NCBI GenBank assembly: GCA_977017645.1
Contig: OZ360243.1
Span: 62,620,001 to 62,684,000 of the forward strand
Length of the DNA: 64,000 bases
Direction of reading: 5' to 3'
From: Torpedo marmorata
Taxonomy: Eukaryota
Below the pieces are notes generated by a model. The model made no database searches and was not told the DNA's origin. It saw only the letters and a program-made list of their open reading frames with translations. How positions within the stretch are numbered: position 1 is the first letter of the stretch; each line of letters begins with the position of its first letter. Both the position numbers and the translations under genes were made by a program. Below are positions 1 to 11,628 of the stretch, piece by piece.

Positions 1-457
1 TCTCAGGACCTCACTTCAGAGCTAGACCGCTGAGAGATCAATGTCCTTTATAATGGGGGTGGCACGGTTAGTGCAACGTTGTTACAGTGCCAGCGATTGG
101 GACAGGGATTTCTGTAAGGCGTTTGTACGTTCTCCCTGTGTCTGTTTGGCTTTCCTCCCACCCTTCAAAATGTACCGGGGGTTGTAGGTCATTTGGGTGT
201 AATTGGGTGGCACGGGCTGGTGGGCTGAAAGGGCCAGTTACCGTGCTTGCATGTCTAAATTTTTAAAAATTAAAAATTTTAATTTAAATTAAAAACAATA
301 AACACAAAACACTGTGAACAGAAGTTGAGGCAGTCGCTCTTTCGATCGGGGTTCAAACCAGACCTGGAAGGCTGTCTGTGTATAGTTCGCACGTTCTCCT
401 TGTGACCATGTGAGTTTCCCTGCCGGATGCTCTGGTTTCCTCCCACAACCCACAGAT

Positions 458-685
458 CAGCCATTCTCAACGAGGGTCCTAGGGCCACAGCACATTTAAG
501 TAAAAGTCTTGTTTTCATTTCACCTCACGCAACAAATACTTTAAAAAAAATTTTTTTATAAATGTAGTTGGTTGGAGAGAAGTACGGAAGAAACCAGCAC
601 TGGACTGCTTCACAGGGAAGGGGTCCCATAAACATTGGGCAGAGTCCTAAGGGGCCACAGCCAAAAAAAAGGTTGAGAATGGCTG
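458..685. mobile_element. hAT-type MITE
   Basis: TIR CAGCCATTCTCAAC / GTTGAGAATGGCTG; TSD CCACAGAT/CCATAGAT; other copies at 928-1139, ~14196-14338 (partial), 30776-30998, 61896-62138. Confidence 0.88.
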
Positions 686-1304
686 CCATAGATGTGCTAG
701 AAGGGGTGGACAACCTTTTAATTTTTAATTTAGACATTCAGCACGGTAACAGGCCATTTCGGCCCACGAGTCTGTGCCGCCCAATTTACACCCAATTAAC
801 CTACACCCTCGGTACGTACTCGTGGGCCAAAATGGCCTGTTACCGTGCTGTACGTTTAAATTAAAAATTAAAAGGTTGGCCACCCCTGATTGGTAAGTTA
901 ATAGGTTGGTACAAAGTAACTCTAGTGCAGCTATTTTCAGCCTTTTGTTTTGGCTATGCCCCCCCCCCCCCTCCACCCCTTGGACTGCTCAAAGTTTATG
1001 GGCCCCCTTCCCTGTGAAACAGTCAAGTTTTGGTTTCTTCTGTACTTGTGTTATGCGAGGCGAAAAGAAAACAAGGCTTTTACTTAAATGTGCTGTGGCC
1101 CCCAGGGGGGGTCCGTAGGGCCCCCGTTGAGGATGGCTGCTCCATTGTGTAGGCGAGTGCTAGAATCTGAGGGGAGTTGACGGGCGTGTGTTTAGATAAA
1201 TGGGATGAGTAGGAGTGAGAGCTTGATGGCTGACATAGAAAAGAGAACTCCATGACCTTTGGCCCACAATGTCTGTGCAAGCCATGATACTTGAATAACT
1301 TGAA

Positions 1305-1575
1305 GGGTGACACGGTTGCCGTAGCGGTTAGCGCAACACTGTTACAGCGCCAGCAATTGGGACCGGAGTTCAAACCATGCAGTGTCCGTAAGGAGCTGTA
1401 CATTCTCCCCATGTCTGCGTGGGTTTTCCCCGGGGGCTCCGGTTTCTTCCCACCGTTCAAAGTGTACCGGCGGTTGGAGGTTGGGCGGCACGGGCTCGTG
1501 GGCTGAAATGGCCTATTGCCGTGCTGTATGTCTAAATTTTTAAAAAAATATTAAAATTCAAAAATTTAAATTTAA
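1305..1575 (+). mobile_element. tRNA-derived V-SINE (HE1-like)
   Basis: A/B-box-like head (GGAGTTCAAACC), V-domain GTCTGCGTGGGTTTTCCCCGGGGGCTCCGGTTTC, CR1-like tail; copies at 56-300, 325-457, 2908-3127, 13830-13970(-), 14075-15450 (split), 31172-31420, 62205-62370(-), 63228-63480. Confidence 0.8.
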
Positions 1576-3451
1576 TCTAGTGCTCTGCTCCTTGCACATG
1601 ATTTGTAACCCTCCATATCCAGGTGTCTATCTAGAAGCCACTTAAACACTATAATATCGCTTCCAAATCGGACACTGTGGACCCTAAAAATCTTTGAGCT
1701 CCAGTGCATCGCTGAGAGAGTGATGCCTTCTGGTGCCAGGTAGATGTAAAGAATTCCACAGAACTATCTCAGAGAAAAGAAGCAGAGCAATAGCTGGCGT
1801 CCTGGAGAACAGTTATCCCAATCTGATTATCTGCTTTGTTATCATATTGTGCACAGCTAGCTTCTACAAATAGCAAATTGACTGCAACACTTACATTACA
1901 AGTATGACTACATCTCCATGGTACTTCATCAAGTGTAAAGTGCTTTGGGTGATTCTGGGTATGTTAAAAGTGCTATTTTGTTAAAAGGTACTTGGAAGAG
2001 GTATCACTTTTGACTGCAGCAAAAGTCTCTGCGGCTGAACGACACAAACAGGCAGCAAGCGGTCGGCGACTTGCGGGCGAGGAACTAACACAGGTTGTGG
2101 CTGATTTGAGGTCAAAGGACTCGCACGGGCTGCTGGAGATTGGCTCATGAGAACCAGGTATTGGAACTGAGATTCGAGAGGGTGCTGAGGGCAAGAAGGG
2201 CTCCCGAAGGGGCCTGGGTGCTAAGACTTCCTCATCGAGTCAGAGGTTTGGATCCGGATTTCAGGTTGATGATGACCCGACCCGGGAAAAACACATTGGG
2301 GCGATATTCAAATAAAAAGCACACCCATGCCTCTACTTTCTTGGAAGACAAAAGAAGTTTGGCATGTACCGCCTTGTCCCTCAATGACTTCTACAGGTGC
2401 ACCGTCGAAAGCATCCTAGCTGGATGCATCACAGCGTGGGACAGGAGCTGCTCTGCTCAAGGTCAGAAAAAGCAGGTAGTGAATGCAGCTCAGAACATCG
2501 TGATAACATCCTTCCCTCCCTCGGAAGGAGCCATCACATCCAGGACATTCTCTTCACTCTCCACACACCCCCCCCCCATCAACAAGAGTGTGAAAGCCCG
2601 TTCCAACAGGCTTAAAGACAGTTTGTTCCCCACAGCCATCTGGCTCGTGAATTAACCCCATGACAGCGTGCTTATCCTGCACTTACGAGGTGCGAATTGA
2701 TCTTTCTTTTCATTGTAACTATCGTCTGTATATTCTACTCTGTACACAACTGTATGAATGTTCGAGATAACCTTGCAATAGAACCCCTCTAACTGTATTC
2801 CATAAAATCTGACAAATGAACTAAAAATGACATAAGCAATAAATATTTTTTTTGCTGTATGTTTAAATAAAAAAAATTGATTCTACACCCTCCCTCAAAG
2901 TATATGCACAGAGCCGAGGCCTCAACCCAGACTCAATCCTGATCTCTGGTGCGGTCTGTGTGAAGTTTGCACATTCTCCAGGACTGCGTGGGCTTCCCTC
3001 AGTGCTCCATTTTCCTCCCACATTCCAAGCATGTGCAGATTGGGAGGTTAATTGGCTGCTGCAAAATGCCAAGTGAGAAGGTAGAATCCGAGTTGATGGA
3101 ATTTAAAAAAAAAACCATACAGAACGGTGTAGCATGATCAATGACCACTCGCAGACACGAAGCAAGTGATCAAAGGCTTTATTAATCAGAAAACCCAGGC
3201 ATGCCTCAACATGCTGCTGGCTCACATCCAAGGAAGGTATGAGGGAGGTGACTAGGGCTCTCAGCCTTTATTAGGAGATCTTATGGAGAGGGGCTACAGG
3301 TACAGAAGGTGGGCCAGCCCGCCCAGCGAGCAAGCGAGGACATGCCCGCAATACCGTGTTCCACCACATTCACCCCTCCTTTTTTTGAATGAAGTCCGGC
3401 GGGGTGATGCGGGGCAATGTCCATCGGCACGGGTCTTGCAGTCCATACAGT

Positions 3452-4759
3452 TCATAGGTTCAGCCGCTCCGGATGTTTTATTCGGCGCTGAGATCTCCGA
3501 AGTACTGCTGGCTGTATCGTTGGTTCCAGTGGAGCGGTGGCTTGCTCGACCGGCTGGCTGTTGGAGGGCTGAACTGTGTCTGTGTGTACCGGGTCCGTAG
3601 AGGGTGGGAAATATGTTTGTAAGAGTGGGGGGGAACACTCGGGGGGCTGTGTTGGAGATGGGAGCCCTACGTCGTTTGTCAGGGTGATCCCTGGGGCCGA
3701 CTGGTCACTGCCCAGGGATATCGGGTGCACCTCCCGTGCTTGCGCTAGGTCCCGGATGGACACTGTATCATCCTGTCCGTCCGGGTACCTTACCAGCGCA
3801 TACTGCGGGTTCGCATGCAGGAGGTGCACTTCCTCGACCAGTGGGTCCGCCTTGTGCGTCCTAACATGCTTCCAGAGAAGCACCGGCCCTGGGGTCTTCA
3901 GCCAGACCGGCAGCGTGGTTCCCAACGCCGATCTCCTAGGGAAGGAGAACAATTTTTCATGGGGTGTTGCGTTAGTGGCAGTGCAGAGTAGGGACCTGGT
4001 GGCATGCAACGCTTCTGGAAGGACCTCTTGCCACTGAGATACGGGCATCCATTTTGACTTGAGGGCCAAAAGGACTGCCTTCCAGATCATACCATTCTCC
4101 CTTTCCACTTGCCCGTTCCCGTGGGGGTTGTAGCTGGTAGTTCTGCTCGTAGCTATGCCCCTGGAAAGGAAGTATTGCCGCAACTCCTCACTCATGAAGG
4201 CAGATCCCCGGTCGCTATAAACGTAACTGGGGTATCCAAACAGAGTGAATACTGTGCGGAGTGCTTTAATGACCTTGGATGTGGTCATGTCGGGGCAGGG
4301 GATGGCGAATGGGAAACGAGAGTACTCATCCACGATGTTCAGGAAGTAGATGTTCCAATTCGTGGACGAGAGGGGCCCCTTGAAGTCCATGCTGAGACGT
4401 TCGAAGGGGCGAGTGGCCTTGATGAGTTGGGCTCTCTCCGGTCTGTAAAATTGCAGCTTGCATTCCGCACAGACCGGGTAATTGCGAGTCAGCTCCCTGA
4501 CTTCCTCCACTGAGTAGGGGAGGATACGGGCCCTCACAAAATGGTATAGCCTTGTGATCCCGGGGTGGCAGAGGCTATCGTGGATGGCCTGGAGGCGATC
4601 AACTTGCACCCTGGCACAGATTCCCCTGGACAGGGCATCGGGTGGCTCATTGAGCTTGCCTGGCCGGTACCAGATCTCATAATTGTAGGTGGACAGCTCA
4701 ATTCTCCACCTCATGATCTTGTCATTTTTGATTTTACCCCGCTGTTTATTGTTAAACAT
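3452..4759 (-). CDS. pol: Gypsy-1 RNase H C-terminus plus integrase (435-aa open segment of pol)
   Basis: HHCC-like HDSLCHPG..VCAEC; DDE core MDFKGP, SDRGSAF, GNGQVEREN. Confidence 0.9.
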   Translation of the reverse strand: MFNNKQRGKIKNDKIMRWRIELSTYNYEIWYRPGKLNEPPDALSRGICARVQVDRLQAIHDSLCHPGITRLYHFVRARILPYSVEEVRELTRNYPVCAECKLQFYRPERAQLIKATRPFERLSMDFKGPLSSTNWNIYFLNIVDEYSRFPFAIPCPDMTTSKVIKALRTVFTLFGYPSYVYSDRGSAFMSEELRQYFLSRGIATSRTTSYNPHGNGQVERENGMIWKAVLLALKSKWMPVSQWQEVLPEALHATRSLLCTATNATPHEKLFSFPRRSALGTTLPVWLKTPGPVLLWKHVRTHKADPLVEEVHLLHANPQYALVRYPDGQDDTVSIRDLAQAREVHPISLGSDQSAPGITLTNDVGLPSPTQPPECSPPLLQTYFPPSTDPVHTDTVQPSNSQPVEQATAPLEPTIQPAVLRRSQRRIKHPERLNL

Positions 4760-4798
4760 AAAAGCGACGGCTCTCTGGTCCGTCAGCAGGGTGAAAGG

Positions 4799-6230
4799 TC
4801 AGCCGGCCAAGTAGTGCCTCCAGTGACGCATGGCCTCCACTATAGCTTGTGCCTCCTTCTCGATGGCAGAGTGCCTGCGTTCAGGGCCTTGGAGGGTGTG
4901 GGGAAAAAATGCCACTGGCCTGCCTGCTTGGTTCAGTGTAGCGACCAGAGCGAAGTCAGAGGCATCACTTTCCACTTGGAACGGATTCATCAATGGCGTG
5001 CATCACCGCCTTGGCAATCTCGCCCTTGATGCCCTCGAAGGTCTTACGGGCCTCCGCCGACGGTGGAAAGGTAGTGGTTTTCACCAGGGGTTGGGCCTGT
5101 GGCATAGGTAATTCCAGAAGGGCCCGCATGCGCTCGGGGTCAGGGGCGATAGCACCATGCTCCACCACGTACCCCAGGATTGCCAGCCGCTTGGTGATAA
5201 ACACACACTTTTCTCATTGTATGTGAGATTGAGGGCCTTTATGGTGGCCAGGAACCTCTGCAGGTTCTCGTCATAGTCATGGCCGCAGATGGTGACATTG
5301 TCCAGGTATGGATACGTAGCCTTTAGTTTATTGTCATCCACCATGCGGTCCATTTCCCTTTGGAATACTGACACCCTATTCGTGAGGCCGAATGGGACCC
5401 GCAGGAAATGGTAGAGTCGGCCGTTGGCCTTAAATGCCATGTACGGCCGGTCTTTTGGGCGAATCGGGATTTGGTGATACACCGCTTTGAGGTCTATGGT
5501 AGAGAAGACCCTATACTTGGCGATCTCAGTCACCATATCAGCTATGCGTGGAAAAGGGTAGGCGTCCAGTAAGGTGAACCAGTTGATGGTCTGACTGTAG
5601 TCTATCACCATCTGATACTTCTCCCCACTCTTCACCACCACTACTTGTGCCCTCCAACGACCGTTACTCAGTTCTATTATGCCCTCCTCCAGCAGCCGCT
5701 CCACCTCCATCTTAATGAATTCCCTGTCCCCGCGGCTGTATTGCCTGCTCTTAGTGGCAACAGTTTGCAGTCTGGGGTGAGGTTTTGGAACAGCGGAGGC
5801 AGAGGGACCCGGAGGGTAGTCAGGCCGCAGGTCAGGTGCCCGACCCGGCGTTCGAGCGTGTGATTGGGCCTCCTCAAGGGAATGGGTGGGGCCTCCCGGA
5901 ACTGGTTATTACTGACGGTGAGGGGGGGGTGGGGCCCGTCAAACTGCATCAGCACACCCTTAAACTGGCATTGGAAATCTAGCCCCAATATGACAGGTGC
6001 GCAGAGGTGGGGCATCACCAGCAGTTTGAAGTTCTTATATTTCGTGCCCTCCACGGTTAGGTTCACGGTGCAGCTCCCGCAGATTTCCGCAGAGAGGGAT
6101 TTGAAGGGTAGTGCTACCTCTCCTTTGGCTGGGGACATGGTCAGTGAATAACGCTCGGCCGTGCCCGGGTGTATGAAGCTCTCAGTGCTTCCCGTGTCGA
6201 ACAGGCAGCCAGTGGGGTAACCGTTTACCT
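4799..6230 (-). pseudogene. pol: Gypsy-1 pol: protease, RT and RNase H, frameshifted
   Basis: LFDTGSTESF near 6176-6205; RT ORF 5081-5710 (IDLKAVYHQ, VPFGL, YLDN); RNase H ESDASD...EKEAQAIV in 4799-4993. Confidence 0.9.
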
Positions 6231-6561
6231 CAATGTCTAATCATCGATCGCCCCAGCTGGTGTGGTCTACTCTGGTCCAGCACGATGGAAGCCAACGTCA
6301 GCTCACTGTCCAAGTCACTGCTGCTATGTCGTTGGGACGGCTGCCACCAAGATGGCCGCCTGGGAGATCGCGAAGATGGCCGCCCCCCATGGATCACACA
6401 CAGTGGAGTCCAGAGATGAAGCCGGAAGTGATGTCACTCCTTGTCGTTGCGCCCCTGGTCCGGAAGTTCGGTTCTCGGCAACCGGAAATGACGGTGGAAG
6501 TTGGTCGGCCCAAGATGGCGACGAGGGTCGCGGTCCATACGCGGCAATGCTAGAGTGGGGC

Positions 6562-7261
6562 TTAGAGCTTCATACCCTGGCATAGTGTCCTTTCCTCCGG
6601 CAGTTCGAGTAGGTCGCTACGGGCCGAACAGTACTTTCGCGGGTGTTTGCTTTGGCCGCAGTAGTTGCACCTCGCGTGCTCAGCGGTGGCAGCTGCAGTC
6701 AGGGGCCCCGAGTCCCAAGATGGTGTCACCCGTTCTCCCCACCTGGCGGTCGTGTGGCCCGCTGAGTAGGCCTCCGCGTTCTTTTGGGCAGTCTCCATCG
6801 CTCGGGCCATCTGCACCACTTCCTGTAGGGACCGATCTCCTTTCTCCAGGAGTCGTTCCCTTATGTGATGGGAGCGGAAGCCAGCGACTAGCCCGTCGCG
6901 AATGAGCTCCTCCTGATAGGTCGCCGCAGTCACATCCCGGCACCCGCATGGCCCTCACGAAATCGACCGACTCCCCTGGGCCCTGGCGTCGGGAGCCCAG
7001 CTGGAAGCACCCATTCATCGGGGCTCCGTATTGCTGTCGGAGTAGAGCCATTGCCTCTTCGTATCCAGTACAGTCTCGAATTATTTGGTATGCTCGGTGG
7101 CCCACAGCTGCGAAGAGCAGGTCGTACCAATTACTATCGGCTGCGATTTCGTGGCGCCTGAGGTAGGCCTTCAAACAGTGTAGCCACATATCAAACTGTA
7201 CGGAGGCCTCTGGATCCTTTGGATCGATCTCCAGCTTCTCCAGTTCGATTGCCTTATCCAT
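6562..7261 (-). pseudogene. gag: Gypsy-1 gag, frameshifted, with CCHC zinc knuckle
   Basis: ORFs 6680-7261 (MDKAIELEKLEIDP...), 6562-6933 (LIRDGLVAG...CNYCGQSKHPRKYC). Confidence 0.85.
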
Positions 7262-7503
7262 GGCACTTTAAAAATTCTGATTAATAAATTGTAGCACGAT
7301 CAATGATCACTCGTAGACACGAAGCAAGTAATCAAAGGCTTTATTAATCAGAAAACCCAGGCATGCCTCTTGCTCACATCCAAGGCAGATATGAGGGAGG
7401 AGACAAGGGCTCTCAGCCTTTATTAGGGGATCTTATGGGATGGGGAGGGGCTACAGGTACAGAAGGTGGGCCAGCCCACCCGCCCAGCCCAGTGAGCCAG
7501 TGA

Positions 7504-7990
7504 AATTTGGTATGTCACCAAAGACTCTCGAAAACTTCTATAGGTGTTCCGTGGAGAGCATTGTGTCTGATTGCATCACTTGTCTGGTATGGAGGTGCCA
7601 ATAGTCAGGACAGGAAAAATTCCAAAGGGTTAACTTAACCAGCGACATCAGTCTTCACTCCATCATGGACATCTACAAGAAGCGGTGTCTTAAGAAAGCA
7701 GCCTCTATCCTCAAGGACCCCCACGACCCAGGCCATGCCCTCTTCACTCTGCTACCATCGGGAAAAAGGTACAGGAGCCTGAAGGAGAACATTCAGTGGC
7801 ACAAGGACAGCTTCTTCTCCTCTGCCATCAGATTCCTGAATGAACAATGAACCACAGACACTACCTCACTTGGTCTTTTTCTTGCACTATTTTATTTATT
7901 TTTGCAAAGTGCTTTATAGAAATGTTTGCACTGTGATGCTGCTGCAAAACAACAAATTTCATGACATGTTCATGACAATAAATTCTGATC
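7504..7990 (+). mobile_element. Rex1-type LINE 3' fragment truncating the Gypsy-1 5' LTR
   Basis: KDPHDPGHALFTLLPSGKRYR; similar fragments at 2290-2830(+), 10905-11615(-), 13140-13810(-), 33795-34982(+), 36645-37050(-), 56232-57128(+). Confidence 0.85.
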
Positions 7991-8782
7991 ACCGTACCTT
8001 TTGGAAAAAATAAAGAGGGATTGGTACAGAATTGATGGCTGGCACAGACTGGGTGCGCTAAAGGGCCTTTTCCTGTGCTGTATAATGCTTTAATTCCTTC
8101 TACTGCCTCTCTTCCCAGACTCTGGAAACCTAAGACCAGATCGAAAAACTTGTGGCTGGTACCTTGCTCCCGAGGTTTCAGGAAAAAGTACAGGTATAAT
8201 TTTAAGAGGCTAATAGTTTTTATTTTATTTTTTTTAATTTTGAGTACAGCATCTCTATTTGACGATGCTTGGCAAAATACAAATTTTCAAAGAAGTGGAA
8301 GATTATTTTTAGCCACGCATTTTGTTTCAAATTTTCAGGATTGCACAGAATTATTACTACCAGAGTTGACAATTTATCAATGACATTTTGTTATTAAAAC
8401 CTTATATAATCACCTATCAAAAATATGCAAAGTATTATTTGAGATGCAAGAGATTGCAGATGCGAGAATCTGGACTACATAACAATCTGCTGGAGGAGCT
8501 CAGCAGGTTGAGGGGGGAGGTGGAGAAATGGATTGTCGACAGTTCAGGTCAAAACCCTTCATCAAGACTGATTGTTATTGCTTGAATTAATAAATCACAG
8601 ATGTTTTAATTCATTCAGAAGTAATGTTACATTGATAAAAGAGACAAAAAAATCTCAGTAAACACATGTACGAATTCCAGTCAGTTCCAATGGAAATATT
8701 CTTTGTCAGTTAGTGAGTGCAATGTACAACTTATGTTTACAATTAAAAATGCAAGCCAAGCCGGTGCGTGACTCACACACTA

Positions 8783-9081
8783 AGAATCAGAATTTATTGT
8801 CATGAACAAGACATGAAATTCGGTGTTTTGCAGCAGCATCATAGTGCAAACATTCATATTATAACCATCTTACGACATTTCTATAAAAAATATATATAAA
8901 TAATAGTGCACGAAAAGTAAGGCAGTGTCTTTGGTTCATTGATTATTCAGGAATCTGATGGCAGCGGGGAAGAAGCTGTCCTTGTGCCGTTGAGTGCTCG
9001 TCTTTAGGCTCCTGTACCTTTTTCCCCATGGTAGCAGAGTGAAGAGGGCATGGCCTGGGTGGTGGGGGTCTTTGAGGACAG

Positions 9082-9120
<39 letters not shown>

Positions 9121-10448
9121 ATAAAGACACCGCCTCACGTAGATGTCCTCGATGAAGTGAATTCTGGTGCCTGTGATGTCACAGGCCGAGTTAACAACCC
9201 TCTGGAGTTTATTCTTGTCCTGAGAGTTGGTGCCTCCATACTAGGCAGTGATGCAACCAGCCAGAATGCTCTCCACGGTACACCTGTAGAAGTTTACAAG
9301 AGTCTTCGGGGACATACCGAATCTCCTCAGACACCTCACAAGTATAGCCGCTGACGAGCCTTCTTTGTGATTGCATCAACGTGGATGCTCCAGGACAGAT
9401 CCTCGGAGATGTTGACACCCAGGAATTTGAAGTTCTTGACCCTCTCCACTAGTGAGCCCTCGATGAGGACTGGGTCGTGTTCCCCTGACTTCCTCCTGAA
9501 GTCCACAATCATCTCCTTGGTTTTGCTGACGTTGAGCTCAAGGTTGTTGTCGTTACACCATTCAACGAGCTGATCTATCTCGCTCCTGTACTCTTCCTCA
9601 TTGCCGTTTGTGATTCTGCCAACAACTGTGGTGTCATCGGCAAACTTGTAGATGGCATTGGAATTGTGCCTGGCCACACAGTCATGGGTGTATAACAAGT
9701 AGAGCAGTGGGCTAAGCACGCATCCTTGAGGTGCGCCTGCGTTGATAATCAGTGAGGAGGAGACATTGTTTCCAATTCGTACTGACTGTGGTCTTCCGAT
9801 GAGAAAGTCAAGGATCCAGTTGCAGAGTGGGGTACAGAGGCCTAGAGTTTGTAGCTTCTTGACCAGCTCTGAGGGAATAATGGTATTAAAGGCCAAGCTG
9901 TAGTCGATGAAGAGCAGCCGTATGTATGAATTGCTGTTTGAGGTGATTCAGAGCTGAGCGGAGAACCAGCGATATAGCATCTGCTGTGGATCGATTGTGA
10001 CGATAGGCGAATTGCAGTGGGTCCAGATCTTTGCTTAGGTACATGTTAATTCTGGCCATGACCAGCCTCTCAAAGCATTTCATCACAGTAGAAGTTACTG
10101 GGCGCTAGTCATTGAGGCAGCCCACACTACTCTTCTTGGGTACCGGGATGATTGATGCCCTTTAGAAGCAGGTGGGAACCACTGACTGCCGCAATGAGAG
10201 GTTGAAAATGTCCGTGAACACTCCGGCTAGTTGGTTGGCACAGATTTTCAGTACCCTGCCAGGTACACCGTCAGGGCCTGACGCCTTGTGAGGGTTCACC
10301 CTCTTGAATGATGTTCTGACGTCGCCCTCAGAGACAGATATCACAGGGTTCTCAGCCTTTCCAGGGATTCTAGTAGGCACTGTTTGGTTATTCTTCTCAA
10401 TGCGGGCATAGAAGGTGTTCAGCTCATCGGGTAGTGAAGCATCACAGC
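8783..10448 (-). mobile_element. Rex1/Babar-clade LINE, 5'-truncated RT fragment
   Basis: [37 protein letters not shown]; 3' tail AATAAATTCTGATTCT. Confidence 0.9.
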
Positions 10449-10479
10449 CGAAGGATAGAAAGAACATGAAATTCTGAAA

Positions 10480-10715
10480 TGCCTTTCATAACCTTGGATC
10501 TTCCAAAAGCTTCTTTAAGCCAACAGGTTAATGTTGAAGAAATCAGGCACTGCGTATAGCAAGCTCTACTGAACAGCACTGCGACATTGAACTGGTAATT
10601 CTTTTTCTCCGAAGTGATGGTGGTTGAGGGATAAATAGGGGACGAGACAGCAGAGATAATTTCCTGGTTCATCTTTGTCATGAGGCCACTTACATTCACT
10701 GAAGGGTGCAGGTGA
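10480..10715 (-). mobile_element. Ancient DeuSINE (AmnSINE1/SacSINE1-like) relic
   Basis: GGTTGAGGGATAAATA... segment and tail resemble the consensus as remembered; a sense-orientation relic lies at ~1815-1980. Confidence 0.45.
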
Positions 10716-11628
10716 TATGTCCAAATCTGAATGTTTCAGAGTTATGTTCATTGTCACATTATACCTGGTATAATGAGAAGGGTTTGTTTCATGAGCTGCC
10801 CAGCAAGTCAATTCTTTCATACAGAAGTACAAAGTGGAAAAGCAAGAGTTCTTGTACTCAGTACTGTGTGTAGCGGAAAACATGAGATCACTATTGAGGT
10901 TCACCAAGTCTAATGGCTGCAGGGAAGAAATGCCCTACAACTCTGTTGGTGGACAATCTTATGCTCTTGAACCTTCTCCCCAAAGGAGAGAGAACAGAGC
11001 ATGGCCAGGGTGTGATGGGTTCTTTAGTATGTCAGCTGCCTTTCCGAGGCAGTGGAAAGTTTACAGGAGGGGGGCTTGCACGATGTTCTGAGCAGCTTTC
11101 ACCACCTTCTTCCAATCTTGAACAGAGCAGTTCCTGCACCACACTGTGATGCATCCAGTGGGCTTTCAATGGTGTACTTGTAGAAGTTGTTAAGGGAAAA
11201 GGCAGAAGCGGGGGGGAGGGGAATGCCAAATTTCTTCCCCCTCTAAGGCAGTACAGGCATCAGTGTACTTTGACTGCTGCTTTGATGTGGTTGGACCAGC
11301 TCAGCTCATTGGAAACGTTTACTCTCAAGAACTTGAAGCTATCTCCTGTCCCCACTTCAGCACCATTGATGTGGACAGGGAAATTAGCTCAACTGCCCTC
11401 CCGAAGTGTATGATCAGCTCCTTTGTCCTCCTGACATCGAGACAAAGGTTATGTTGGCACCCGGCCACAAGGCTCTCATTCTCCTTCCTGTATTCCATCT
11501 CATTATTATGTGATATCAGGCCTGGAACTGTGGTGTTGTCAGCAAACTAAAATAAAAAAAATCGAGTTAGAACGGTATTTGGCTGCACAGTCGTGGGTGT
11601 AGGGCAAGTACAAGTAGAGGACTGACCT

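Larger units (their letters stand above)
3128..7503 (-). mobile_element. Ty3/Gypsy LTR retrotransposon 1 (compact, degenerate), inserted in a SINE
   Basis: 3' LTR 3128-3368 (TG...CA); 5' LTR 7290-~7503 with its outer ~30 bp lost to a LINE fragment; polypurine tract (PPT) AAAAAAAGGAGGGGTGAA at 3369-3386 (minus); gag-PR-RT-RH-IN order on the minus strand. Confidence 0.95.

Noticed and set aside
1305-1380. tRNA gene
   Set aside because: tRNA-derived SINE head continuing into the V-domain; no full cloverleaf
3576-7166. Many plus-strand ORFs overlapping Gypsy-1
   Set aside because: Antisense shadows of GC-rich gag-pol
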